NCBI GenBank assembly: GCA_951406725.2
Contig: OX597823.1
Location: 70,184,001-70,248,000, forward strand
DNA: 64,000 nt
Origin: Octopus vulgaris
Lineage: Eukaryota
Direction: 5' to 3'
In this document: piece after piece, positions 35,435-50,108 of the stretch
Layout of the letters: each line of letters opens with the position of its first letter
Numbering within the stretch: position 1 is the stretch's first letter
Notes under the pieces: model-generated
What the model was told of the DNA's origin: nothing
Databases searched by the model: none
What the model saw: the letters and a program-made list of their open reading frames with translations, nothing else
Translations under genes and position numbers: made by a program

Positions 35435-36568
35435 AGTAGATACGTGTGTATACACTCCTATACATTTAGATGCATATACACCCACACAGACACTTGTGCA
35501 TGTACTTGTGTGTGTATATGTGCATGTATATATATATATATATATATATATACATACACACACACACACACACACATGCATATGTTTATACATATATGTA
35601 CACAGACATATATACAGATATATGTACACACACACGCACATATACACATATGTGTGTGTGTGTATATATGTGTGTGTGTGTAAGAATTGTGCATGCAAAT
35701 CGATGAAGAGATAAAAAATTGAAAATGAAAAAAGACTTGAAAAATAAGTCACCGCCACCTGATGCAGTGTTGTATACAGATGGTTGGACTGAAGAATTAT
35801 GCTTTCATACATACAAAGGTTTTTTTTTCTTTTTTTTTTTGATACACAATTATGTGTATTTATCTACGTCTATCTACATGTACGCCTACTTTGCTTCTAA
35901 GTAGTAACTTCAAAAATGCTTAAATGTAGTGCAGGTCTGGTAAGTAGCTGCACACCAAGAAATTTGCATTTTTATGTTCTCCCTCCCAGATTGTGCACCA
36001 TCTACAAAGATACACACACATACCGCACATTCACACACTGTTATCACAATACATATAAAGATACCTACTAACACCCTACCCACAACAAAATTTGTGTAAA
36101 ATATGCCTGGCATAGAAGCATACTAATAAAAAAAAAAATTTCATAGCTCAGTATGAAGAACTGGCCATATGAATCCATTTAAAGTGAAACTTATGTAGTA
36201 AACTATCGCTTTTTGTTTTGTTTTTTTTTTTTTTGTTTTTGTTTTGGTTTTTTTCTTGATTTCTTTTTGTAGTTTTTAAAATTTTAAGTCAAGAAACCCA
36301 GCTGATGATGGAAACTTCAAGAATGTAACAAGTAGAAGTAACGCTGTGGTGCAGCATCGTTACACCCAATAATACACAAATAGTAACAAATGTTCCATAA
36401 AAAAAAATGTGGTCCTTTAAGGATTTTAAGGAGTACAGAATTCCCTCCCACCTATATACTTTTTTTTTTTGTCAAAATTAATATATTTTTCTGTTGAACC
36501 AAAATTTTATGTCGACACCAAAGTAGGAAATGAAAGATATGGAATATGGTAAGAATGTGTGTCTGTAT

Positions 36569-36604
<36 letters not shown>

Positions 36605-37989
36605 CACATAGATGCACACACACATTCATAAGAATTTTATGCACATTTAAAACATTACTATCTTCAACTGGGAACAGTTTATTAATTTCTGATAAGGTCT
36701 CAGGTTTCCAGGTGGCTATGCCATGAGGATGTGTGAGAGTCAAATCTTCCTTTACATCATCAGTAACATAACTAAGGTGAAATGGTGACAACTGAGAACT
36801 GAAATTAAATTCTGGTAGATTTTCCAAGAACGGGTTTAATTGTGCTTGTCACAACTATGAACAAACATTACAAGACGCTATATAACATTTAATCTTGTAA
36901 CGGTAGCGACTTCAGAATTTCATTTTCTCTACGGATAATAAAAGCATAAATATTAACAAAAAACCTCGACGACATTTTGTATCTGAATGAAAACAGTAAC
37001 TAAAAGTCTTTAATGATATGATATTATTGCTATTATCAAAGTGTACAAGTGGAACAAATGACACAGTTTTCCCATCTTGGGTAAATCTCCGTAGAAAGAT
37101 TCCAGTCAAATTTCATCAGCAGTATTTATTGCCCCTTGCTGCTAACTCTCAAATAAAATGGAAGCAGTTAATCAAGTGGTGAGAGAAGGGGAGGGGCATT
37201 GATTGGCAACTGAACAAGATGTAATGGTTTCTTAAACTTGAGTTCCCTCAAATGTATAAAAGAAGGAAGTGATGTTTCTTCAATAATAAATCAATTTGAT
37301 CCATTTTACTCATGATTTAATGTGAACTGTTTCCTCAAAGGGTGGTTAACACTACTGTCTTTCGGTGATTGGTTGGGGGGAGACACTTATGGCCATTCAG
37401 TGTGATGTGAAATTGCATTGTGATTTTAGCTTACCTGGAGTTAGAGTTTACTACTGTTCGATCATAATAAAAGAGAAATATGAAATCAAAAGAATAATAA
37501 AACCTAGTGTGGTAAATAAATTTCACCACATACTGTCTCTCCATCCTAAAAAAATGGTAGATTCATAACCGTAATAAATAAATCAAGGTAGGACAAATAA
37601 AACAAATAATTAGGAAAAACTACTTATGCTGCCTTTTCTTTGCTGAATAAATGATAAAAAAAATGTTAATATGAAGACGACTGCACAACTGCAAATAAAA
37701 TGCTAGAAAGCTGATTCTCATTTGGGTAAAAATAACAAGTGTGTGACGCTTAGTTTAGAAGAAAAACTAAAGGGAAAATAGAGGGTCATATCAAGAAAGA
37801 TGACAAATTTTCTGGCCAAGGGTAGCTATTGTATTAAAAAAAAGTTACTTGTTCTTTAATAGACAAAATAATAAATTTCATAAGTTTTTTTGTTTCCTTT
37901 CCTCTTTGACTTATACAAAATGCATATTATATATTTACATGCATTATATATGTATGTGTGTGTGTGCACATGCACAAACACCCCTCCAC

Positions 37990-38028
<39 letters not shown>

Positions 38029-38754
38029 ATTTAAATCATTTTAGATGCTATAATCGATTTTAAAGTACAAAGGCAATCTTCTAGACAAGTCTGTGATAAC
38101 AGATAAGATATTCTTTTAATAAAAAATATTTATACTCTACATTCTATATGTACTGAGTTATTTTTTTAAATCATGAATAACTTATAAATAAATAATTAAT
38201 GAGTGGAGTACACACACACACATAGAGAGAGGGAGAGAGGGAAAGAGAGATTGCTTTATGCATTATGTATGTGTGTGTTTGAGCGTTCTTTGGTCTATTA
38301 CAGACAAGGCCGTACTGCAGTACTACGTGTGCATCAGTAAATATATCTCGTTAGCTGATGAATAAATAGGTAACAATAAATAAGAGCTTGTATCCAGCTT
38401 CGCACATATTTGATTAAGTACTAGCAACATATAATGAATGTGAAGCAGAGATAATTAGTTAAAAAACAATAGGATGATTTTACATAGGTCAGTAGCAATC
38501 TACTGTCAATATGAAGCAGAGCAGATGTTAGTCACATCTTTACCTATACACATACAGTGCTCCAGTATGACCTTCGTTGTAATGGCAAAAAGAAACTAAG
38601 AAGCACACTCATACATGTCCGTCCACAAAGGTTTTTACAGAAAATGTTAGAAGTTATATATTTTACATTATATTCTCTGACAGTAACACTGACTTTGGGT
38701 CCTTACATTACTGACTGGGCCTTTTTCAAATGTGTTTTCAAAAGTGTTTCAAAT

Positions 38755-38920
38755 GCAAACCATAGAAGTGTTAACATTCTTAAGTTTATGTACCAGGGTA
38801 CTTTGGAGTGTTAACACTAATATGGGGTTATGTTTAGGCAAACCATAGAAGTGTTAACATTCTTAAGTTTATGTACCAGGGTACTTTGGAGTGTTAACAC
38901 TAATATGGGGTTATGTTTAG
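38755..38920. repeat. Exact 83 bp tandem duplication of a hairpin
   Basis: 38755-38837 equals 38838-38920. Confidence 0.95.
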
Positions 38921-40114
38921 AGAAAATCTTTTAAAAAAAAAAAAAACTATTTATTCCTGACGAACAGACCAGAGTAGGGTGTGGGGTGGGGGAAATGATA
39001 AAGCTAAACAAATGTAGAAAAACTTAAAAGAAAAAGAAAGTGAATAAAATAAAAACAAAAAAATAAATTATTATTTATTGGTTGGTGGGTTCTGTTATAT
39101 TCTATCAGCCAGTGGTTAGACATTTTCAATAAGCTTCATATATAAAAAAAAACATGCAGGGAAGTTGTGTCAGTGACCAAATCATAAATATATTCAGGAA
39201 AGACTATGACAATTAATAATATCATTATTACAAGACAATAAAGTATATATGAGTTTAAAAAGTTTTAATGTGTACAATTATTATACACACTAAATTTTGC
39301 AATTAAAAGCAAAAAAAAACAAAAAAAAAAACAATAATGTGTCATAGGACAAATCTAAGTCAACAATTGAAGCTTTTCACCTTCCAAACTACAATATTCC
39401 TGAAACATATATTAAAAACTTCCTTGAATTGTTCACAATATATCTATCTATAATATTAATTCAATTAATTATTGTGCTATACAGCAACAAGAATAATACT
39501 ATCACTGCTTAGATAAGTATAAAATCTCAGATTTACACAGAAAGAGCGATGAAAAGTTATGAAGTAACTACAATCCAGATCCGGTTAAGAATTATAGCTG
39601 AGTCCTGAACTTAGTTATCTGATAGTTTTATCTTGACAATTTAGTGCCTGCCTGTTAATATAAGGTCTCAGTTTATATTGGTAGAGAAATTAATGCAGAC
39701 AGTTATGCCTCTCTCAAGAATATTAATAGTATGGGAGGAAAGCTTACAATGAAGAACAAAAACCGAAACAACTTTGTATCTGCAGGATCTTACTTCTAGA
39801 GTATTTGTGGTGAAAAAAAAATACTATAATAATTATTTTACAAATATATCCAGACACAACTAGATACATAGCAAAATTTATTAGTATATAATATATTAAT
39901 TTATACTATTACCTCCATTTGAAAACCAAAGATAAATAGCAGAAGCATATAAAAAATTCAGTGCTTGATATTTTTGATCTCTGACAAGGAGATCAAAGCA
40001 AACCATCATATCAAACACAGAAAAGATAAGGTGTGTATTCTGATAAATATCCCAAATTTCTCTGATCCAAATATCACTCAGCACTGAAGAATTTATAATG
40101 AACAATCAGTGTTT

Positions 40115-40324
40115 CTATTTAGGCACAAGACCAGTAATTTCAAAGGAGGAGTTTGTTGATACCATTAGCTCCCAATACTTGACTGACATTTTATTTTATT
40201 GATCCAAGGGGGAATGACAGGCAAAGTTGGTCTTGGCAGGATTTGAATTCAGGATGTATAGAATCAGAAGTAATTCAGGGCATTTTTCCAACACTAACAG
40301 TTCTGCAAATTCACCATTGTAACA

Positions 40325-40356
<32 letters not shown>

Positions 40357-40985
40357 TTTTATTATTATTATTATTATTAAGGCATTAAAAAAAATCATCA
40401 GCATACTAGATATGATAAGAAGAAAATGAACTAAAAAAACATACCAAAGTTTACAAAGTTACAAATGCTCTCCAAAAATAACCTCACTAAATACAGTGGG
40501 CATTTGCACATAAAATACGCTGAATTCAATAACAAAAGATCTCAGCACAACACAACTTGTATTGGTTTCAAATTTTGGCACAAGGCCAGCAATTTCGGGG
40601 GAGGAGATAAATTGATTACATTGACCTCACTGCTTAATTGGTACTTATTTTATCAACTCCCAAAAGGAGGAAAAGCAAAGTCGATCTCAACGAAATTTGA
40701 ACTCTGATCATAAAGTCAGATGAAAAGTCACGAAGCATTTTGCCAGGTATGTTAACAATTCTGCAGCTCATCACTTAAACACCACAACTTATATTGAACA
40801 TACTCCGCATAATTGGCTTTCAAATAAAAGCGTTTGCAACAAACGGTAGTAGCATTAAAAATGGCAAAACGCATCAAATTAGATATATCACATCAAACAT
40901 CTCCCCAACTCCTGAAAATAACAATACTGCAAACAAATTAAGAACATTAATGAGCAGTGAATAATTTGCAAAAAATCCATTGAAA

Positions 40986-41039
<54 letters not shown>

Positions 41040-42958
41040 TTCAAATTTTGGTAGAGGGCCATCAGTTTTTAAGGTGTGGGGGAAGTTGATTATATTGACC
41101 CAGTATTTGACTGGTACATATTTCATTAATTCCAAAAGGATGAAAGGCAAAGTTGATCTCAATGGGATTCGAACACAGAAGATAAAGAACAAGAGCAGAA
41201 GTACTGCATGCATTTAATCCAATGCTCTAATGATTCTGCCAGCCCACTCCTTTATAACAATCATAATCTTTCTGGCTTTACAACAAGATCACAAATTTGG
41301 GGAACAGTATGAAATTGATTAAATTGACTCTTGTTACACATTTTTAATCAATCCCAAAGAAATGAAAGGCAATATCTGTTCAGGTAGAATTTGATCTTAG
41401 AATATATTGGGACATAACTAAATACTACAAGAAATTAAATCTGAAGTTTTACCATTACTGTTACTCTATTGCCTTCTTAACAATAATTGAAAATCTGACC
41501 TGCTAGAAATGGCAGCCAAATCTCCCTTAAATTACAATCTATTTTGGAATGGGATGGACATACTGAGAAATGTGCTTCTCATTAGCAAAAAAAAAAAAAA
41601 AGTGGTGGGGAATATGGGATGGTTATGGCCTGAACATTTGTCATCTAAGGTCTGTTCAATCAGTTCTGACCTGGGATTAAATAACAACAATAACAACAAA
41701 AAATAACAATAATTTTTCTTGCAAAGGCCAGAAATTTTTTAGGGGGAGTGGGTAAGTCAATAACACTGACCACAGTACTCAGCAGATACTTATTTTATTG
41801 ACCCTGAAAGTATGAAAAACAAAGTCAACTTCAGCATCGTTTGAACTCAGAACATAAAGAGCTGGAAGAATTCTTCCAGCCTCACCACCATAATAATAAC
41901 AATAACAACAACAATATTTCTTACATAGTTGCAGGTTCATAAAGAAACTGTCACATCATGTTTTTTCCCCAAGTATTATGTCAGAGCAGTTACTGAAACC
42001 AAATAAATGGACTCAGTTTACAGAGAAAATTTTATCACTATCCACTATAATTTGTTTTGAGAATAGGAATAAAATTAATACCACTAAATAAATAAAACTA
42101 TCAAAATATATGCTAGTCAACAACTAACAACAGGTAGATGCAACAGCAGAAATAACAACAAATGCTTGAAATTTGTAAAAGAAAGAAAATTGACTTTATG
42201 TGACATTCATATTTTTGTTAAAGATATTGGTGATGTACATAAAGCAAAATGCTTCTCACCAAGAATTAAGTGTTGATCATACATCAATTCTCTGGCTCTT
42301 GCATTAAACATAAAAAGAAAATATCAAAAATGGTATTAAGCATGAACCTGAGATTTTTAAGAAAGAAGAAATGGGTAGTTGCAGTGTTTGTTTCTGTCAA
42401 GGTTAACCGCTTTATTGGGAAAAATCTATTTTACTGACTTCGTGAGAACATACTTCATCTCTACAACACTTGCCAACAATAATATTGATGTTTAATATTA
42501 CTTTCATTTTTAATAAATGTTTCTAATTTAAGCACAAGGCAGATGACTTTGAGGGAAAAGTTTTAGATACCATCAACTCCAGAAGGGTGACAAGGCAAAG
42601 TTTACCTAGGAAGGGTTTGAACTCAGAGCATTTAGAGCTGGAACAGATAGAGCAAAGTATTTCTGTTTTTTTTTTTTTTCTTTTGATAATCTAAGAATTC
42701 TGCTAAACCACTTCCTGTATTTATGACACAAACAGAAAACCTGGAATGTGAGGGTAGGGTCAGTTGATTACACCAACCCCAGTAATTGAGTGGCACTTTA
42801 TTTTTCATCAACCCCGGAGGAATGAAAGGCAATGTTAACTTCAGAACATAAAGGGCTAGACCAAATATGACAATGCATTCTGATGCTTTAACCATTCTGT
42901 TAACATGCAGCAGCAGTGGCAGTAGCAGTAGCAGTAGTAGTAGTAGTAGTACCAATAA

Positions 42959-43009
<51 letters not shown>

Positions 43010-43055
43010 CAGTACCAGTAGTAGTAGTAGTAGTAGTAGTACCAGTAGTAGTACC

Positions 43056-43094
<39 letters not shown>

Positions 43095-44380
43095 CTATTT
43101 CCAGCATGAGTACAAGGCCTGGAATTTGAGGAACTTGGCTAGTACTTTATTTAATTGTTCCAAGAGAGATGAAAGGCAAAGTTGACCTCAGCAGGACTAA
43201 TAATAAAAACAACAACAATAATTAGCTTCAGAAACTGTCGACAATAGACAGCTAACTTGATAACTTTCATAATGCAAATTTCAATAAGAATTAATCGATA
43301 GAAGAATTAAATTATTAAATACATTAAAGGAAGAAAATGGTGGGTTGGTTGGTGGGGGGTGGGGGGCGTAAAGCAACTGAATTATTGAAATAATATTTGG
43401 AAACAGAAAAATTAATAAAATGAAATGAAGCAATTTGTGATTCGTTCCTACTAGGCCGAAAGCCTAGTTTGTAAGGAGAGAAGAGACGAGTCAAGTGAGT
43501 TCACAGAATTTATTTGTTTTGTTGAATAATAATAAACAAAGTCTACGTTAAGTAAATCTAAACCCAGAAATGTAAAATAGCAGTGTTCAATGGCCATAAT
43601 GTGTATGTGTAAAGGGGGAAGGGTAAGAGTGAGAAAGGAGAGAGAGAGAGAGTCAATTCATTAAATATTTTTAATTTGCAATATTACTGAAATTTTCTTT
43701 ATTATTGCAATAAGAAATATGCCTATGTTATACATTTTGTTGCATACACACAAATACATATGACAATTGAAATCTGATGTATTTTAGTAGATTTGATGAG
43801 AATCAAACAGATTAATAATAAATACCTCGAGTTGCTAGTATATTGTTATCTGTGATTCTTGAATTGATCGATAGATTGGTCACTTAGTTAATTTCATAAC
43901 ACACCTGCTGTGTAATGATTTGGTTTGTTTATTTAGGTGGAAAATATTTAGGTTGATTATCCTAGATGAAATAATATATATTTTTAAATGTTGATCCTTG
44001 CAGTAATTATCATTAAGTTTGTGGCTATGAAACAGAAAACTGTATAAATAATATAAAAACAATAACAAAATTTTCAAAAATAATTTCTTCCATCTATCTG
44101 ATCTAAAATTATATTAATTATTTTATCGATTCCGAAAGAATGAAAGACAAAATTGAACCAGCAGCACAGCTCTGAAAGGTCACAGTAACAATAAACTACC
44201 TGATTTATCTTAACTGTGTTGTTAATATTAACAATAATCAAATGATCATGATGATGATAGTTTTTCAACAAGTTTCTGGAGTTGATACCATCAATGTTGG
44301 GAGCATATTTCATCAACCTCCAGAAAGATGAAAGGCAAAGTTGAAGACAAAATTTTATCTAAGATATAAAGTTACATAAC
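40115..44380 (-). mobile_element. Cluster of old Meta-like SINE relics, all on the minus strand
   Basis: Repeated gatgaaaggcaaagttgac..ggatttgaac variants near 40210, 40670, 41140, 41360, 41810, 42590, 42820, 43170, 44140, 44330. Confidence 0.7.
42908..43093. repeat. (TAG)n microsatellite
   Basis: About 185 bp of agt triplets. Confidence 0.95.
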
Positions 44381-45859
44381 TAAAAATAGCCACACACACA
44401 CACGTGTGTGTGCATGTGTGTATGTATATATGTGTGTGTGTGTGCATGCGTGTGTGCGCGTGGTGTGTATGAGTGTGTGTGTGTACATACCCATCCTGTC
44501 CTTCTTCACTACTCTAAACAAATTCATTGTTTGTAGTCAAGCAATCATATGCTAAATTTTTTAATGCACATATTTGGACAAAAAAAGAAAAATGACTAGG
44601 TTTAAAACCTACACACACACACAAAATGTTAAAATGTTATTTACTTTTCTAATTAATTTCAGCAAAAATATGACATAATACAAAATGAAATAATTGAAAT
44701 ATAGGATGGAGAATTTGAGAAATTTTCTCTGAGAATAGTTTTACAATTCTACAAAATGTAAAGTCTGAATTTAGAGAAAGCTTCCCAATGCCCATGCATA
44801 GTTCTGAATGTATCCATCATCAGTGAAGCTTTTAGGAAAAGTTTCCATTTTAAAAAGAAGAAATAATTAAAAAAGGTTTAATAATAAGGAATAGTATAAA
44901 GAATATTTAACAGAAAATAATTTATCAAAATAATTTTTTTTATTTACATCTTATTTTTTAGTGTTTAATATTTAATTTTTTCAAAATATTCTTTAACAAA
45001 CCATTCTGGAAAATGAAAAAAAGAATACTATGTATGTGTGTATGTTTATTAAGACATATTTTTAAAGCTAGAAAATATATATATGTATATATATAAACAT
45101 ATGTATATATATGTGCATATATATATATATATATATATTCTGAGTTAAAAGTCTCAATGGAAAAAAACAAACAATAAATAAAACAATGGTAATGCCTATT
45201 AATGTCATAAAACATGAACAAAAATTATTTGCATGACATATTTTTCATTGCTTCTGTTAGTAATTTAGAAATTAATTTTGTTTAAACTAAAATATAAACT
45301 ATACAGGTATTAAAAATTGAAATTCAAAAAAAAAAAAATATTACACCAGTTAAAACACATATGGTCATGTGCTTGAATGTGGTAAAAAGAATACAAATGT
45401 TTTAGTTAATGTATAATATTGGTCTTATGACAAAAATAAAAATGTGGGAATGTAATGCAGTAGTATTCGTAGTAGTGGTAGATGTAATATTGCTATTTAG
45501 TTTGAAGTAGTTGCAGCAGCAACAGAAGTATTAGTAGTAATATTAGTAGTAACAATAACCAGTTCTATTATCATGAGTTTTGTCCAGCCAACAAACACTG
45601 GTATGAAATCAAATTCACAAAAAGTAACCCTGCCACTACTAACAAGAGCAGTTCAAGTGCAGTGTTCAATAGGCTACACTGATGATGACTCTAATGATGA
45701 TAGCAACAATAACAACAGATGAAAATACATGATCAGTAAAGAACCAAAAGAAAAGTACTACTAACAATTTTGGTGACAGTTTTGTAGAAGAGAGAGGGGG
45801 AGAGAAAAGAGAGAGGAAAAATACAGCTGGTCAAATATGACAATAGAAGTGAATCCTCT

Positions 45860-46005
45860 TCAGGCTGTTTTGTTCTCCTCCTCGAGCTGTTGCAAAATTT
45901 CTTTCTCCAAGTCGATGTCTTCAGCTGTCACACTATCATCCACCATATCATATTCTTGAAGTTCCTTCTGCAATTCTTTCTCCCACTGTGGCATGTCTTC
46001 TGCAT
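45860..46005 (-). CDS. SYAP1: Terminal coding exon of synapse-associated protein 1 (SYAP1/Sap47, BSD-domain family)
   Basis: ctttttccag acceptor; DAEDMPQWEKELQKELQEYDMVDD...DLEKEILQQLEEENKTA* resembles the SYAP1 C-terminus (WEKELQQELQEYEVV); upstream exons not found in window. Confidence 0.85.
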
Positions 46006-46169
46006 CTGGAAAAAGTTTGAGGAGAAAAAATAAACATCAGTAATATATTGACGGCAATTCCTTGAAAGGAAAATATTCCATGTTGTAAAGAAATACGTAT
46101 AAAAAGATTAAAAATTAAGAATAATATATAGAATATTCAACAGAAAACAAAAGAACAAGAATGTGTATG

Positions 46170-46380
46170 TCTTCCGGTCATTTCAAAATGTAACCACATG
46201 TGAATCGTTAGCAATTTTTTACCTCCATCTTCCCTGCTATTGGACTTTACTCTGTTTCTGAAGAAGAGTGTCTGCTTGAAACATTAAACCAGCTTTCTTT
46301 CCTTCCCTGAGCATCTGCTAATACTTTACATGTACCATGTCCTTGCGTTGTTTTTTTTGTTTGTTCTTCTTTTTGGGATT

Positions 46381-46385
<5 letters not shown>
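46170..46385 (+). mobile_element. Solo PLE 3' terminal repeat with hammerhead (46254-46289)
   Basis: gttt-CTGAAGA-a gagt gtct gctt-GAAA-ca-TT-aaac; flanks (tcgttagc, cctgagc..ctaatac) resemble 8895-9040. Confidence 0.7.
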
Positions 46386-46424
<39 letters not shown>

Positions 46425-46539
46425 CAAGAAGAAAATGGAGAGTTTTAACAGAGCAGTGGAAGAATGTTATTTTCTTGGACAAGTCACCCTTTATCTTATT
46501 TCTGGCCACCAGCTGAGTATACGTGTGGAGTCAGCCAAA

Positions 46540-47104
46540 AGAACCATTTGACCCAGACTGCCTTCTTCCAACTGTTAAATATGGAGGAGGATCTGTGATG
46601 ATCTGGGGGGGCTATATCTTGGAAATCCGCTGGCCGAATGGTTTCCCTTCATGGTAAAATTAATAGTCAAGACTATTTAAGCATTTTATCTGATCAAATT
46701 CATCCTAGGGTTGCAGAACTGCTTCTGGAGAGATACGCAATCTTTCAGGATGATAATGCACCAATTTACAAAGCTAAATTTATTACTGAATGGCACGATG
46801 AACATTCTAGTTGAACATCTTATCTGGCCACCACAATCTCCATATCTCAATATTATTGAACATTTATGGTGCATTTTAGAAAAACAAGTAGGGAATCGAT
46901 ATCCTCCACCATCATCACTTCAAGAACTGCAGACTGTTTTAGCTGAAGAATAGGCAAAAATTCCTTTGGAAACAATTCAAACTTTGTATGAGTCCATACC
47001 TCATAGAATTCAAGCTGTAATTACTGCCAAAGGCAGTCCTACCCCATATTAATATAAATTTGTTTGAAATTTTAAGGTCTTTCCATTATTTTGTCCAACC
47101 CCTG
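46540..47104 (+). pseudogene. Tc1 (DD34E) transposon 3' relic with TIR
   Basis: TVKYGGGSVMIWG, FQDDNAP, WPPQSPYLNIIEHLW; ends ttttgtccaacccctg-TA. Confidence 0.9.
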
Positions 47105-47443
47105 TATATATGTATATTACATATATATATTCATAAATATATATAGAAAAAATACATAATTGTATATACATATATGTGTATTATATATATCTACATGTAT
47201 ATTATATATATATATGTATATTGTATGTATATTATATATATATTCTTTTAATTGTTTCAGTCATTTGACTGCAGCCATGCTGGAGTACTGCCTTTAGTTA
47301 AACACATCAACTCCAGTACTTATTCCATTGGTCTCTTCTGTTGAACCGCTAAGTTACAGGGATGTAAACACACCAGCATCAGTTGTCAAGTGATGGTGGA
47401 GGAACAAACACAAACACAGAAACATACAGAAACATATAAAAGA

Positions 47444-47524
<81 letters not shown>

Positions 47525-47699
47525 TAAATAAAGAATTGGAGAGCATATGAAATCGACAGACATCAGCCGGTAAACTCAATTGCGAGATTGCCATGCAACA
47601 ACTAGCACTTGGGTATGAATAACTGGGTACACTACCACCAGTATATTGGATAGGTAATATCCCTTAGTTGATTTCTCAACCTCTAACTCACACCTAAAT

Positions 47700-48420
47700 A
47701 TATATAATATATATACATATATTGGCCGTGGGCAATTATGGAGTGAATTTTAGGGCTTATGAATCTAATATTTTTCTATCCTCCCTTAATACCGGTTCCC
47801 ACATGCTACTCATATCTGCACTAGGTCTGCTTCTTTTAGTTTTCATATTTTCCAGTGGTGTTCTCTGTCCATTATTTTAACTTCATCCCACAGGGAGAGG
47901 TGGTCTCCACATTTCCATACCTATTCAGCTATACCTGATTTATCAATATCGTCTCATGTCACAGCTTTGCGATGTCTCGCTACCCTTATTTTGAGAGGGC
48001 AACATGTTTCGCCTTTGTATAGCCTACCACGGCTGCATGGGATGGAGTACATGCAGTCTTTGGTCATATTCTCTTCTATTGGTGGTTTTACTCGAAGGAG
48101 ATATTTGTGAAGTGTTGTATTACTCTTGAATACTGTCCTGATGTCATATGGGCCACATATCTTTTGTATCTTTTCGGAGAGGCCTTTCATATAGAGTAGA
48201 CAGACTGGTCAGCTTAAGGGTTTCATCCTCACTTCTTTTCATAATTGGAGTGGATAATATGTTTTTGGGGTAGTTGTTGCTTAGCTTGATCATTTCTTTA
48301 TGGTGTGTATCAGGATTGTTACTTATATTCTTTGCTTGATATTTTAGGCACTAAGCAATCCCACTCTTTACACTGTATGGACGGTGGGAATTGAAGTAGA
48401 GGTATTGTCCAGTGAAGGCT
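47700..48420 (-). pseudogene. PLE (Poseidon-like) GIY-YIG relic
   Basis: KGLSEKIQKIC..MYSIPCS.GRLYKGET..LKIRVARH. Confidence 0.8.
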
Positions 48421-49802
48421 GGATCCAGGACATCCGTATATCGCAAGCCAACCTGTAACGGACCTACATCTCGTCCAGGTGGGGAGCCTATGTGCCAATG
48501 AAACTGGGAAACCGGCCTTTTATGAGCCAGTCATGGCTCAAGAAGGAACTAAAAAAGACGAGAAATATATCATAATTTAAGAATGAAATTTGAAAATTTT
48601 TCCATTCACTTCAGGTATTTCTGAGATTTGTATTGCAAAAATTGATTTCTGGTTGAAAGTGATTAAAAATTTTAAACCTGAAAATAGAGCCAAATTATTC
48701 TCAATTAAATATACATGCACACTAATACTCTTCCCACACATATTTGCATGTAAACTCACCATCATCCATATACACAAATCAAATGCTGAAACACTGAAAG
48801 TAAATGGAAATATCTTATACCGGAAAAGATTAAAGCTTTTTAATTAGTAGCCCGTCAAGTAACGTGTCTCATTTCTTGATTTTAAATCCATTCTGCCGTG
48901 TCAGGCCGAAAACGAAATGTTTCCAAGATAAGAAAATCTTTCTAATCTAATTCATCCCGTAATCTGTACCAGTAATATTCTCATGCAAATTTGTCTGATC
49001 TCTAGTAGTTAAGCTGTTTATTATTATTATTATTATTAGTATTAGTATTATCCCTTTGATCCCCAGTCGTCAATTTGTTTATTATTATTATTTTCAGCTT
49101 CGCCTCGTATTGCATATTATGTATAATTTATTAATTATTGTTGACCATCGGTTCCGGCCTCGTGTCTCGCTAAATACAGAATAGATATTTAAGTTTCTCC
49201 ATACAGGGGTTTTCAATGGCGGCCGATTTTTGCGGGGTTCCACTATTCCCTTTCTCTCTCTCCCTCTTTTACGTTGTCTGCCCTCCCCCTCTTCCTTCCC
49301 CCTTCCATTGCTAAGAGCATTTTTAAGCCAGCCCGTCAAGTAACGTGCCTCATTTCTTGATTATGTTTTTATCTATCTATCTATTTTATCTACTTACTAA
49401 TTACTAATACGCTTAAGCAGTTGTCATTGTATTCCCTAATTGCTCTCATCATTATGTGCCGATAATTTCTCCATTTCTCCACTGTCCCTTTATTAATTTT
49501 GCCCGTCCAAGTCCTCGCTCTCTCGTCTTTCAACCTTCGCGTATTCGCGGTGCACCCACCCTTGCCCACCCCCACCACCAATACCGGATATCTCTATATT
49601 TTTGCTCCATCTATACCGGATATCGCTTCTCCCACCACCATTATAGGTGTCTACTCTTCGAACCCCCCTCTTCAATACGCTATTTCACCATGCATTACCC
49701 CTCTCGTGATATCCTATGTTCTACTTGTCTAGAACCTGTCATCGTTTCTCCGAACACCCCTCCCCACTGATGCTCCCCTATATTTCTGCACCCTCCCCCC
49801 AC

Positions 49803-50108
49803 ACATAAAAAGCACCATCCGAACGTGGCCGATGCCAGCACCGCCCCGACTGGCTTCTGTGCAGGTGGCACATAAAAAGCACCAACTGACCGTGGCCGAT
49901 GCCAGACCCCTCTGGCACCTGTGCAGGTGGCACGTAAAAAGCACCCACTACACTCGCGGAGTGGTTGGCGTTAGGAAGGGCATCCAGCCGTAGAAACACT
50001 GCCAGACCAGACTGGAGCCTGGGGCAGCCCCTGGCTCCCCAGACCCCGGTCGAAACCGTCCAACCCGTGCTAGCGCGGAAAACGGACGTTAAACGATGAT
50101 GATGATGA
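49803..50108 (+). mobile_element. RTE-type 3' end, CpG-rich young copy
   Basis: Internal repeats plus aacggacgttaaac(GAT)n tail. Confidence 0.85.

Noticed and set aside
33013-35812. Many Y/I/H/T/C/V-rich ORFs
   Set aside because: Translations of (TA)/(CA) microsatellites
36507-36827. 106 aa minus-strand ORF
   Set aside because: Non-ATG start, ends in microsatellite, no recognisable homology or splice support
42632-43185. Poly-S/V/Y/L ORFs
   Set aside because: (TAG)n microsatellite
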